NCBI GenBank assembly: GCA_041671045.1
Contig: JBAZCF010000004.1
Location: forward strand, 129,540 to 193,539
Source: Parachlamydiales bacterium
Lineage (GTDB): Bacteria; Chlamydiota; Chlamydiia; Chlamydiales; JABDDJ01
Direction: 5' to 3'
Length of the DNA stretch: 64,000 nucleotides
Translations under genes and position numbers: made by a program
Shown: in pieces, positions 1 to 9,161 of the stretch
Layout: every line of letters starts with the position of its first letter
Numbering within the stretch: position 1 is the stretch's first letter
Notes under the pieces: model-generated
The model's input: the letters and a program-made list of their open reading frames with translations, nothing else
Database searches by the model: none
What the model was told of the DNA's origin: nothing

Positions 1-164
1 AAGCTGCAGATCTTGTCGAGTTGTATCCATTGTACTTGTGGTGCGTTTAAGATTTTTATGCAGCTGTCTGAGCGTTGTGGAGACTGCATTTTCCCAGGAC
101 AATTTCATACGTTCACCATTTTACCATATTTGTGTTACAATATTCTGAAAAACAGGAGTTTAAA

Positions 165-2081
165 GTGTTATCTCTATCCGGCGTGACCATGCGGTTTGGT
201 TCTAAAATTCTCTACGAAAATGTAGATCTTCAGCTTAACCCGGGTAGACGGTATGGTCTTGTAGGAGCTAATGGCTGCGGAAAGTCCACTTTGTTGGAAA
301 TTCTATCAGGAAACCTAGTCCCAGATAAAGGAGATATTGCCACCCCTTCAGGCGTTACCATTGGAACGATGAAGCAAGACCAATATCTTTTCGACGAAGA
401 ACCACTTCTCAACGTTGTTTTACGTGGAAAAGAACAGCTCTGGGAAGCAATGCAGCAAAGGCAGCACCTCTTTGATACAGTAGAAGAATTTGATGAAGCA
501 ACGTGCCATCGTTTAGAGAAACTGGAATCTATCATTGCGGCCCATGATGGATACGTTGCCGAAAGCGACGCGGCAAAACTCTTAGAAGGATTAGGCATTC
601 CGGCAGAAAAACATTTCCAGCCTATGCGGCTTTTCTCCGGGGGCTATAAACTCCGCGTTCTCTTGGCACGCCTTTTGTTTTCAGATTGTGATTTCTTGTT
701 ATTGGACGAACCTACCAACCACCTTGACCTATTTACTATCCGCTGGTTGGAAGAGTTTCTACGCAACTATAGAGGGACCCTCTTGGTTATTTCGCATGAT
801 AGAATGTTCTTAAATAACGTTTGTACAGATATACTAGACACTGACCACAATACTGTACGCCACTTTAAAGGAAACTACGACGCCTTTGTCCAAGCGAAAA
901 GCGAGATGCATTTGCTGATGGAAAAACAAATGGTCAACCAGGAGAAAAGGCGCGACCAATTGATGGAATTTGTCGAAAAATTAGGCGCCAAGGCATCCAA
1001 AGCTACCCAAGCTAAATCTAAAATGCATCTTGTTGAAAAATTAAATGATCAAATGGCAGAACTTGAAGTAGCTCCTTCCTCAAGACGTTCACCAAGACTT
1101 GGGTTTAAAGTGGACAAAGCATCGGGAGCGCGAGTATTACGCGTCGACACTCTAAGCAAAAACTACGGCGAAAACCACGTTCTAAATAATGTGACCTTGG
1201 AAATTGAAAGAGGCGAGAAAGTTGCTTTCCTAGGAGCTAACGGAATAGGTAAAACCACTTTCTTAGAAATCATTACAGGTAATATAGAGTTGACCTCAGG
1301 ATCATTTGAATGGGGCCATAATGCTAATGTTGCCTATTTTCCCCAGGATCCACGTAAAGCTTTAGACCAGGATAAAACCCCCTTGGAGTGGCTCTGTTCC
1401 ATAGACTATAAAGTGAGCGAACAACAAGTCCGTGGTCTATTAGGACGCGTGCTTATTGAAGGGGATGAAGTGCATCAGCCCATCAATACCCTCAGTGGGG
1501 GAGAGATGGCCCGCCTCATCTTAGCGCAAATGATGATCAAAAAGCCGAATGTCTTAATCTTTGACGAACCGACAAACCACCTGGATATGGAGTCGATGGA
1601 AGAGTTATTGAACTGTCTTAATGACTATGACGGCACAGTTCTGCTCGTCAGCCACAACCGTTATTTCGTGTCGACATTTGCTGATAGAATCATTGAAATC
1701 CAACCGGAAGGCATTGCGAATTATCTCTGCACCTATGAAGAATATATTGCTAAAAGAGATCTGGACCTCCTAGACCGCAATGTTAAACGGCCTACAGCAA
1801 AACAACAAACAACTAAAGCTTCGGATCCTCTTCCGCGTGAAGATAAACGCAAGAAAGCTCACCTTGAGAAAGACCTCAAAGAGGTCGAAGATAAATGCAG
1901 CAGCTTGGAAATTGAGCTTAAGGAGATTGATAGTAAGCTTTTTGATCCTGAGTACTATGTAAAAGCCTCTTTTGATGAGCAGAATAAGTTGAAAGGGCGG
2001 AAAGAGGCTATTGAAAAAGAGCTGGAAAGCTTGATTGTCCGTTGGGAAGAGATCAACCAAGTACTTGCTAAGTCAACATAA
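165..2081 (+). CDS. ABC-F family ATPase (tandem ABC cassettes, Uup/YbiT-like, coiled-coil tail)
   Basis: Two cassettes are present. Walker A: GANGCGKST and GANGIGKTT. Signatures: FSGGYKLR and LSGGEMARL. Walker B: LLLDEPTNHLD and LIFDEPTNHLD. No TM segments; Lys/Glu-rich C-terminal tail. The ORF track opens at TTG 75, but GTG 165 lies 6 nt after AGGAG (154-158) and gives the usual ABC-F N-terminus (VLSLSGVTMRFG), so 165 is preferred (638 aa). Confidence 0.9.
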   Translation: MLSLSGVTMRFGSKILYENVDLQLNPGRRYGLVGANGCGKSTLLEILSGNLVPDKGDIATPSGVTIGTMKQDQYLFDEEPLLNVVLRGKEQLWEAMQQRQHLFDTVEEFDEATCHRLEKLESIIAAHDGYVAESDAAKLLEGLGIPAEKHFQPMRLFSGGYKLRVLLARLLFSDCDFLLLDEPTNHLDLFTIRWLEEFLRNYRGTLLVISHDRMFLNNVCTDILDTDHNTVRHFKGNYDAFVQAKSEMHLLMEKQMVNQEKRRDQLMEFVEKLGAKASKATQAKSKMHLVEKLNDQMAELEVAPSSRRSPRLGFKVDKASGARVLRVDTLSKNYGENHVLNNVTLEIERGEKVAFLGANGIGKTTFLEIITGNIELTSGSFEWGHNANVAYFPQDPRKALDQDKTPLEWLCSIDYKVSEQQVRGLLGRVLIEGDEVHQPINTLSGGEMARLILAQMMIKKPNVLIFDEPTNHLDMESMEELLNCLNDYDGTVLLVSHNRYFVSTFADRIIEIQPEGIANYLCTYEEYIAKRDLDLLDRNVKRPTAKQQTTKASDPLPREDKRKKAHLEKDLKEVEDKCSSLEIELKEIDSKLFDPEYYVKASFDEQNKLKGRKEAIEKELESLIVRWEEINQVLAKST

Positions 2082-2096
2082 TCCTGATTCATAGAG

Positions 2097-2114
2097 CCGG
2101 CGACTTGTCGCCGG
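2097..2114. terminator. Hairpin CCGGCGAC-TT-GTCGCCGG in the 42-nt gap between the convergent ABC-F and metK stops (possible bidirectional terminator)
   Basis: Perfect 8-bp GC-rich stem with a 2-nt loop, centred between stop codons at 2079-2081 (+) and 2124-2126 (-). No clear U-tract on either side, so its function is uncertain. Confidence 0.45.
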
Positions 2115-2123
2115 ACTCCTATT

Positions 2124-3287
2124 TTACGATAGGCTTTTTGGAAAAGCCGCTTTAAGCTGCGGTACTTTATCGGTACGCTCCCAAGTGAATTCCGGATCTG
2201 TCCTTCCAAAATGACCTTCGGATGCCGTCTTAAAGTAGATGGGGCGAAGCATCTGCAAAGTTTCAATAATGCCGCCCGGAGTCAAGTCAAAGAGCTTATG
2301 TACCACATCTTCTAGTTCACATTCATTTACTTTGCTCGTCCCGAATGTTTCCACGCGGATGGAAACCGGTTCAACACGCCCTATCGCGTAGGAAATTTGC
2401 ACTTCACACGTATCTGCTAAACCGGCAGCAACAATATTCTTTGCTACATACCGGGCAGCATAGCCTCCGGAGCGGTCTACTTTAGTAGGATCCTTACCCG
2501 AGAAAGCCCCTCCGCCATGCCTGCCTCGGCCGCCGTAGGTGTCTACAATAATTTTGCGACCGGTCAGACCGCAGTCCGATGCGGGCCCGCCCTGAATGAA
2601 GCTTCCGGAAGGATTAATAAAAAAAGTCGTTTGATCATCCAAAAGATGCGAAGGGATGATTTTTGCTGCCATGGCCTGCATATCTTTCTTGATTTGTTCT
2701 TGAGTGACATCCGGATTATGCTGGGTAGATATTACGATGGCATGGATACGTTTTGGCTTGTGATCGGGGGTATATTGCACAGTAACTTGGGCTTTAGCAT
2801 CCGGCCTTAAATAGGGGATATTTCCGCTTTGTCTTTCCAAACGTAGCTGACGGATGATGCTGTGTGCTAACATTATGGGCAAGGGCATCAGCTCAGGCGT
2901 CTCATTGCAGGCAAATCCGAACATCAGCCCTTGGTCGCCTGCGCCGAGTTTTTTATGGCCCTTAGAAACTCCGGCTGCTATTTCGGGAGATTGTTTGTTA
3001 ATCGTTGTCAATATTCCGCAGGAGTGGTAATCAAACCCCCATTCGGGATTGTTGTATCCGATTTTTTTAATGGTTTCTCTGACGACAGCACGGTAGTCGA
3101 TATTTGCATGTGTTGTAATTTCCCCTGCCAAGACAACCAACCCGCTGCTAACTAGGGTTTCACACGCTACACGCGAGTGGGGATCATGTTCTAAACAACT
3201 GTCCAGGATGGCGTCAGAAATCTGATCCGCAATTTTATCGGGATGACCGGATGAAACAGATTCTGATGTAAATAGATAATGCTGCAT
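2124..3287 (-). CDS. metK: S-adenosylmethionine synthetase
   Basis: Motifs [27 protein letters not shown] and [19 protein letters not shown] 3287 ([11 protein letters not shown]) fits the canonical N-terminus better than the GTG at 3299 that opens the ORF. Confidence 0.95.
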   Translation of the reverse strand: MQHYLFTSESVSSGHPDKIADQISDAILDSCLEHDPHSRVACETLVSSGLVVLAGEITTHANIDYRAVVRETIKKIGYNNPEWGFDYHSCGILTTINKQSPEIAAGVSKGHKKLGAGDQGLMFGFACNETPELMPLPIMLAHSIIRQLRLERQSGNIPYLRPDAKAQVTVQYTPDHKPKRIHAIVISTQHNPDVTQEQIKKDMQAMAAKIIPSHLLDDQTTFFINPSGSFIQGGPASDCGLTGRKIIVDTYGGRGRHGGGAFSGKDPTKVDRSGGYAARYVAKNIVAAGLADTCEVQISYAIGRVEPVSIRVETFGTSKVNECELEDVVHKLFDLTPGGIIETLQMLRPIYFKTASEGHFGRTDPEFTWERTDKVPQLKAAFPKSLS

Positions 3288-3340
3288 AGTATAAAACACC
3301 TTGTAAAGTTAACTTTATAATATTCATTGGATATTTCTCT

Positions 3341-3763
3341 ATGTTCATCATCGTTCTTTTAACTTCTACCGTATTGAGTTTCTCTGAAATTGAGCATACT
3401 CCCCCCAAAGAATTAACGGAGATATACAGTGGACAAAAAGTCGCTGTTAGGGGATTTCCTTATGCGACAGAACAGGGGGAGTGGATACTTTCAGATGAAC
3501 CCAACTTACGCTCTTGCTGTGTAGGAAAGGGCCCAAAAGCAGCTAAACAAATCGTCTTACAAGAAAATGCTAAACAATTCACAACTTTTCAAGTGATAGA
3601 AGTGGAAGGTCTTTTAGCCGAGAGAGATAATCGCCTTGTCTTGCAGGACTGGAATACCGTAAATCCAAAAGGGGCCATCGCCTGGGGGTTCTATGCGCTT
3701 CTTATGCTTTCAGTCTTGGCAGGATTTCTTGGCCGTAAAGCCTTTCAATGGTATCGACGATAG
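3341..3763 (+). CDS. Hypothetical small protein with a hydrophobic N-terminus and a C-terminal TM anchor
   Basis: 140-aa ORF. N-terminal hydrophobic stretch MFIIVLLTSTVLSF; C-terminal segment AWGFYALLMLSVLAGFL followed by basic residues. Its 3' end overlaps the convergent ribE by 62 nt. No family recognised. Confidence 0.45.
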   Translation: MFIIVLLTSTVLSFSEIEHTPPKELTEIYSGQKVAVRGFPYATEQGEWILSDEPNLRSCCVGKGPKAAKQIVLQENAKQFTTFQVIEVEGLLAERDNRLVLQDWNTVNPKGAIAWGFYALLMLSVLAGFLGRKAFQWYRR

Positions 3764-4331
3764 TCTGTGTTTGCGAGTCTAATTCAAGATTAATGCTATC
3801 ACCCGCCTTCTTTTTACCTAAAGTTGTTCTCTGTAATGTTTCAGGAATCAAATGTACCGTAAACATGCCATTTCGAACGACATCGACCAAGGTTAAGCTC
3901 ACGCCGTCTAGCGCTACGTAGCCTTTAGGAAGAAGATATTTAGTCCATTCTGCAGGGCAAGCGCAGGTTAAAATCGAATAGTCGGGGAAATCCCTTTTTT
4001 CTTTGATGGTCACTATGCCCCAAACATGCCCGGACAATAAGTGACCTCCTATTTCATCTCCGATAGTGGCAGATCTTTCAATATTGACCAAAATATGCGG
4101 TTGTAATTTGCCCAGGGTAGTGCGTTTTAAAGTTTCAGGAATGACATCAAATGTTACTGTTGTTTCTTCTATTGTAACTACTGTAAGGCACACTCCATCA
4201 ACGGCAATGCTCGCGCCTAACTTTAATCCCTGGGAAAGGCTTAGGGGAAGTGAAATCGCTATTTGTTTATTATTGACCATATCCTTTATATCATGGATTG
4301 GACACAAAGCACGAACGATTCCCGTAAACAT
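3702..4331 (-). CDS. ribE: Riboflavin synthase (alpha chain)
   Basis: Canonical MFTGIV N-terminus and the duplicated lumazine-binding repeat (GASIAVDGVCLTV / GYVALDGVSLTLV). 209 aa. Confidence 0.9.
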   Translation of the reverse strand: MFTGIVRALCPIHDIKDMVNNKQIAISLPLSLSQGLKLGASIAVDGVCLTVVTIEETTVTFDVIPETLKRTTLGKLQPHILVNIERSATIGDEIGGHLLSGHVWGIVTIKEKRDFPDYSILTCACPAEWTKYLLPKGYVALDGVSLTLVDVVRNGMFTVHLIPETLQRTTLGKKKAGDSINLELDSQTQTIVDTIERLYGQEILPRLKA

Positions 4332-4459
4332 AATTCCCTTATTCTAAGCATTTAAAAACTACACTTATAAGAAGATTTGCTAATTAAAATAAAGAGGTGT
4401 TTATAACGTCTCTGAAAAATTTGAATATAGATAAGTTTTTTATCACAATAAGGAAAAGT

Positions 4460-5887
4460 ATGGCAGATGCGTTAGGTAATTCATTTTTAAGTCTTTATTC
4501 TTCCTCAGATTCAACTTCATCCTATATCGAAAACTATGTACATGAAGACTCCATAGAAATCAGTGACACAGCTGCCGTCAAGCCGGCCCATTCCATCCAA
4601 GAGATGAATTTGTTTTATGAACGGGTGCAGGCGGCTAGTCGCTCCCTTTCAGACTCCTCCATTGCTTCAATACCTAAACCTGTGATGGAGAAGCTTTATA
4701 GACTGCAACTCCTTTACAGTTCAAACACATCGGACGATGCCCTTGAAATGGCGCAATTTGCTGTTAAGCTGGAAAATGAACCCTTTATCCCCAAAGATAA
4801 AGCTTTAAACTTTGAAATCCTGCCTTCAGAGAGTTCCGATATATTGAAAGCCTTCGTAGAATATTCCTATGACAAAAAGAAAAGGTTGAAACATCAGACC
4901 TACATTTTACGTCTACATGGGGTTGGTAAACACAAAAAAATGTACCAAGCCACCCACCTGCGCACCTATCAGCAAAAAGCAATTTTAATTCTAGATAAAA
5001 GTCAGATCTCTAAGAAAGAATTAGAAAATGAACTTGCTTTTCAGGATATTCTCAAAAAAGTTAAAGGATGTGTAACAGCAAAAAAGATATTTACAAACGA
5101 TTCTTACGTTATATTAATGACAACTCTTTGTAATAAAGGAACTTTGGAAAGAGAGATCAAATTAACCGGAGAATTATATGAAAGAAGAGTTTTGTTTGAG
5201 CTTTATATTTTAAGTGGTATCTTCGCACAAATGCACAATGAGAAAGTCCTTCATGGTGATATTAAACCTGACAATATTATGTATACTAAGTCACACAAAT
5301 ATAACTTGATGGAACTCAAAGTCATCGATTTTGGATCTTCAAGGTTTATCACTAAAGAGGGTATCAACCAACCTCTGGGCGGTCCCGTATTATTCCTTCC
5401 CCCCGAAGCTACGAAAATTCGCATCAAAATATTAGAGCTTAAAGAATTGGAAGCTAACTTAGACAAACTGAAAAAAGCATTGGTCAGAAAAAATGCTTTG
5501 AAGCGATATAAATGTAAGTTAAGCAAAAAGAGAAGTGAAATTCAAAGAGCAAATGCTTTAATTACTTCAAAACTAGATGTATATATGTTAGGGGAGACTT
5601 TTTATATGCGTATAAACGGGGGCAAACTACCTCCGGTCCAAGCTGAATTTGCAGCGAGAATAAAACAAGGGACAGCCAGTGGAAAAGATGAAATTATTGA
5701 GATTTATTTAAACATGACGGGTAAAAATATGCCTTATAAAGAGCCCTCTCGCCGTAAGTTTTTACAACACCTGATTTGGAGAATGCTCCTGCCGGATCAG
5801 AACCGCCGTCCATCCATGCACCAAATCCACACAATGCTTTCAAAAAAGTATCCTTTTCTTGAAGCTGAGAGCATCAATTGGTACTAA
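4460..5887 (+). CDS. Eukaryotic-like Ser/Thr protein kinase domain protein (atypical, coiled-coil insert)
   Basis: Hanks-type subdomains: degenerate Gly loop LHGVGKHKKMY, catalytic loop HGDIKPDNIM, VIDFGSS (DFG), LFLPPE (APE-like), DVYMLGETFY (DxWxxG-like), late RRPS. ATG 4460 (MADALG) follows AAGGA (4450-4454); the ORF opens at GTG 4397. No signal peptide or TM. AT-rich gene. Confidence 0.8.
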   Translation: MADALGNSFLSLYSSSDSTSSYIENYVHEDSIEISDTAAVKPAHSIQEMNLFYERVQAASRSLSDSSIASIPKPVMEKLYRLQLLYSSNTSDDALEMAQFAVKLENEPFIPKDKALNFEILPSESSDILKAFVEYSYDKKKRLKHQTYILRLHGVGKHKKMYQATHLRTYQQKAILILDKSQISKKELENELAFQDILKKVKGCVTAKKIFTNDSYVILMTTLCNKGTLEREIKLTGELYERRVLFELYILSGIFAQMHNEKVLHGDIKPDNIMYTKSHKYNLMELKVIDFGSSRFITKEGINQPLGGPVLFLPPEATKIRIKILELKELEANLDKLKKALVRKNALKRYKCKLSKKRSEIQRANALITSKLDVYMLGETFYMRINGGKLPPVQAEFAARIKQGTASGKDEIIEIYLNMTGKNMPYKEPSRRKFLQHLIWRMLLPDQNRRPSMHQIHTMLSKKYPFLEAESINWY

Positions 5888-5892
5888 TTGCA

Positions 5893-6465
5893 CTAGAAGT
5901 GCATTCCTATTCCTAAGCCTGTTTTAAACCCACCTAGATCAACATGTGTTTGGTAGTTATTTGGTTGGTATAAATAATCAAAGAAAGTATCTAGAAATAG
6001 GTTGTCGGTAAAATAATAATAGAAGCCTGATTTCAATACCCCACCATAAACAAGTCTAGAGACTTTTTCGGATTGGTTAAAAAGATGGTTTTTTAATTCT
6101 ACCCGCGCAAAACTAGCCCCTAGCCCTAAATAAACACTTAATTGTTCCGATAATACGTAAGGAAGTTTGATTCCTAAACTCGTATTAGCAATGGAAATTC
6201 TAGTAGGATCATTCAACCCTATTGAATGGCCATGCTTGCTGAACCAATCAAAATTAACCCATCCCTGAAAGCAATTGTAAACAGAGGTGGAAGCTTCCAC
6301 TTGGAAAGAGGGGCCGACTGTTCCATAAATTTCTCTAAATCGTCCTGAGCTATGCCAAAATGCGGCTGTACGAAATTCAATACTGTTTTGTGTTTCAGCG
6401 GATAATGGGAAGGACCCCATCCAAAATGAAAGAAGAAATAGAAGCTTAGTAGTGGTCTTATTCAT
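5893..6465 (-). CDS. Small outer-membrane beta-barrel protein (OmpA-TM/OmpW-like)
   Basis: Signal peptide (LLFLLSFWMGSFPLSAE), alternating hydrophobic/aromatic pattern throughout, and a terminal aromatic residue (…GLGIGMHF), as in OMP C-terminal signatures. The start overlaps the upstream gene's stop by 8 nt. Confidence 0.6.
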   Translation of the reverse strand: MNKTTTKLLFLLSFWMGSFPLSAETQNSIEFRTAAFWHSSGRFREIYGTVGPSFQVEASTSVYNCFQGWVNFDWFSKHGHSIGLNDPTRISIANTSLGIKLPYVLSEQLSVYLGLGASFARVELKNHLFNQSEKVSRLVYGGVLKSGFYYYFTDNLFLDTFFDYLYQPNNYQTHVDLGGFKTGLGIGMHF

Positions 6466-8053
6466 TAATAATCCTTATGGAAACTGGTGTACTCACTAGA
6501 TTAGCAGCATTTATAGCAAAAATTTTATAATGCGAGGCATCTTTTTTTGAACGGAGTAGGATCTCATAAACGAGTGGAGAACTAGAAGGAATGACCGCCA
6601 CTATTTGTCCATTCAGAGTGATCTGATAGAAAAGAACATCCCCTGAAGGGCTGGGATTCCACGTTACCTCAAGCACATATTTCGTGCGGTTCAAAAACTT
6701 ATTTTTGATGACGTTGCCCAGAAAGAGCCCAGGAGGAAGAGGGATAGGCGAGACAGGCGCATCAGGTATTTGAATATTTTGGGTGACTGTAGCGCTAGGG
6801 CCCCCATTATTGCTTACAGATTGGCCTGTAAAGGTTTGTGTTGTAGAAGTCCCACCTGAATTTGTCACAGTAAGAGTGACCGTGTAGGATCCGCCACCTA
6901 AATAGGTATGTTGAACCGGATTGGAAGTTGTTGTGATGATAGTGCCGTCACCAAAGTCCCAAACGTAACTTGCAATTGTCCCTACATTCGTTGTGGATGT
7001 AGATATAAAAGTTGTTGGAGATAAAGCTTGAGCCGGTGCTGCTACAAAAGAAGCGATAGGGGCTTGATCAGGGGTTATCGCTACAAAAGCCTGAAATCCG
7101 GTGACGCTCGTTTGAGTTATGTTGGTTGTGCCTACGGCTACAGTTGTAAAAGTATTGCTGTTGGCATGAGTGAAAACGGCTTTTTGACTATCTGGAGAAA
7201 TCGCAACACCCTGCTGAGTATAATTTCCTGGAACGGTGTCAAACGGTATGTCCACGGTTGCATAGCTTGACAAATTGAGGGCTGTTCCGTAATTCACATT
7301 CTCATTTGCTATATATGCCCACAATCCATTGGCAGAAACTGCAATATTAGTAGGCTGTGCATTGGGGGTGATAGGAATCGTCTGAGAAACGGTTTGGGTC
7401 AGTAAATTTATTTCATAGACCTTATTATTTATCATGTCTGTGACGTAGGCCAATTGCCCGCTTGGCGCCAATGCAATACGTGTCGATCTGCCAGGCACGT
7501 TAATAGGAAGTCCAAATACATTCCCTGCGGTAGTCATACTTAGAATAGAGGATGTCTGTGTAAGATAGATTGTAGAACCGTCAGGCGATATAGCCACAGA
7601 ATTGGACTGAATATTGGTAGAAATGGGAATTACCGTGTATGTACTGCTCGCTAGATCTAATTTTAGAATTGTATAAACACTCGAATCATCGACCGCCGTA
7701 ATATATGCTGTCGTCCCATCCGGTGTGATAGCAATACTAAAAGGGGTTTGAAGAACTCCACCCTCATTGAGAGAAATAGTATTTATAACCGTTTGTGTTG
7801 CGAGATTCACCACGGTTACAGTGGAAACAACATTTTGGTTAATGACATAGAGTGTAGCGGCGTCGGGGGTGATAGCCAGTGCTTCACTGCGCCCACCTGA
7901 GATAGGTAGCCCTGCAGTTTCTGTGGTCACATCAAAAGTGATAACTTGAAAGTTAGATTTATCTGCAGCGTAGGCAAACCAATCCGCCGCAGCTAAAGGA
8001 GTAAAAAATAAATATGCTGAAATGATGTATAAGGAGAATAGTTTAAACCTCAC
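6458..8053 (-). CDS. Secreted YVTN-type beta-propeller repeat protein with a PKD domain
   Basis: Signal peptide. Repeated ~40-aa units with the I(T/S)PDG..(A/I)Y(I/V)T signature (ITPDAATLYVIN, ITPDGTTAYITA, ISPDGSTIYLTQ, LAPSGQLAYVTD, ISPDSQKAVFT). PKD-like block YVWDFGDGT…YTVTLTVTN. GTG start at 8053. Confidence 0.8.
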   Translation of the reverse strand: MRFKLFSLYIISAYLFFTPLAAADWFAYAADKSNFQVITFDVTTETAGLPISGGRSEALAITPDAATLYVINQNVVSTVTVVNLATQTVINTISLNEGGVLQTPFSIAITPDGTTAYITAVDDSSVYTILKLDLASSTYTVIPISTNIQSNSVAISPDGSTIYLTQTSSILSMTTAGNVFGLPINVPGRSTRIALAPSGQLAYVTDMINNKVYEINLLTQTVSQTIPITPNAQPTNIAVSANGLWAYIANENVNYGTALNLSSYATVDIPFDTVPGNYTQQGVAISPDSQKAVFTHANSNTFTTVAVGTTNITQTSVTGFQAFVAITPDQAPIASFVAAPAQALSPTTFISTSTTNVGTIASYVWDFGDGTIITTTSNPVQHTYLGGGSYTVTLTVTNSGGTSTTQTFTGQSVSNNGGPSATVTQNIQIPDAPVSPIPLPPGLFLGNVIKNKFLNRTKYVLEVTWNPSPSGDVLFYQITLNGQIVAVIPSSSPLVYEILLRSKKDASHYKIFAINAANLVSTPVSIRIINE

Positions 8054-8366
8054 AAAGCCCTTTATTAAATAAAATGATTGTTTGTTTTATAGCATTTTAT
8101 GGAGAGGCCTTCAAGAGATTAGTGTGTTATTTTCTAGGCATGTTCTGTTGAAGTGTATTTGAATTTCAGAAATATTATATTTACTCATCCACTTCTCTTT
8201 GGAGGCTTCACAACGTGCCAAAGTTGCAGCATAGGAAGGATGTGCCTTCATCTTTCTGCCAGAGTGGCGAAGCATATCAGGCAGGTTGGGGAAACAATTA
8301 TTATTGAGATTCAATTGCTCTAAGTTTGATAGTTTTTCGAGATCCTCAAAACATTAAGATATTAGA

Positions 8367-9161
8367 TTAATTATCTAAATGAATTAATTCTAAGGATTCA
8401 AGTTGGATCGATGATGGAAGAAATGTTTGCGCGAGTTTTTTAAAGCGACCAGGGTCGTCTGTCACGTAAAACTGCTGTTTTGAGCTTTTAAGCGATGTAG
8501 ATTTCAGCTGTTGTTGGATAGCTTCTGCACAGCACTGGGCTGAGTCTACAATATGAACATGACTTGGAAGTTGTTTGGAGATGGCTTTTCTGAGGAGTGG
8601 GTAGTGTGTACAGCCCAGGATGACAGTATCGCATTCAGCATCGAGAATAGGTTTCAAGTATTCCTGAACCATTAAATGAGTGGCGGGGTGGTCCAGCAGC
8701 ATTTCTTCTACCAAGGGGACGAATAACGGGCAAGCAACAGGGAGGATGTGCGCATGGGGCAGGAGTGTATGCAATGCTTTTTGGTAGCTGCCGGAACGTA
8801 TAGTGGCATGGGTTCCAAGTACCCCGATGCATTGATTTTGAGTGAGGGTGCTGGCTTTGAAAGCGCTAGGATAAAGAACATCGATAACAGGTACCGGTAG
8901 CGAGTCTTTCCATTCTTGCGAGGTAAAGGATGAGGCTGTGTTGCAGGCAATCACGACCATTTTGACAGGGTGGTCTAATAGAAACTGGACGCATTGCCTG
9001 CTGTATTTTTCAATGGTTTGACAGCTTTTATCTCCGTAGGGCAGCCGTGCGGTGTCGCCAAAATACACTATCGATTCGTGGGGGAGGAGAGCGGCGACAG
9101 ACCGCAGGACGATCAGTCCGCCGGCGCCCGAATCGAATATTCCTATCGGAAGGTCTTGCAT
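8367..9161 (-). CDS. murI: Glutamate racemase
   Basis: Motifs IGIFDSGAGGL, VIACNTAS and LGCTHYP (both catalytic Cys contexts). The start overlaps the upstream LysM gene's stop by 1 nt. Confidence 0.9.
   Translation of the reverse strand: MQDLPIGIFDSGAGGLIVLRSVAALLPHESIVYFGDTARLPYGDKSCQTIEKYSRQCVQFLLDHPVKMVVIACNTASSFTSQEWKDSLPVPVIDVLYPSAFKASTLTQNQCIGVLGTHATIRSGSYQKALHTLLPHAHILPVACPLFVPLVEEMLLDHPATHLMVQEYLKPILDAECDTVILGCTHYPLLRKAISKQLPSHVHIVDSAQCCAEAIQQQLKSTSLKSSKQQFYVTDDPGRFKKLAQTFLPSSIQLESLELIHLDN

Noticed and set aside
75-164. An N-terminal 30-codon extension of the ABC-F ORF starting at TTG 75. Similar upstream extensions occur at 4397, 17154, 21376, 34199, 35011, 36031, 3299 and 60217.
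   Set aside because: Internal ATG/GTG starts give canonical family N-termini and/or have SD-like sequences. The extensions add non-conserved residues or create overlaps with neighbouring genes.
8111-8314. A 67-aa minus-strand ORF in the 310-bp gap between murI and the YVTN/PKD gene.
   Set aside because: No recognisable motif or RBS. It is possible but unsupported, so it is not listed as a feature.
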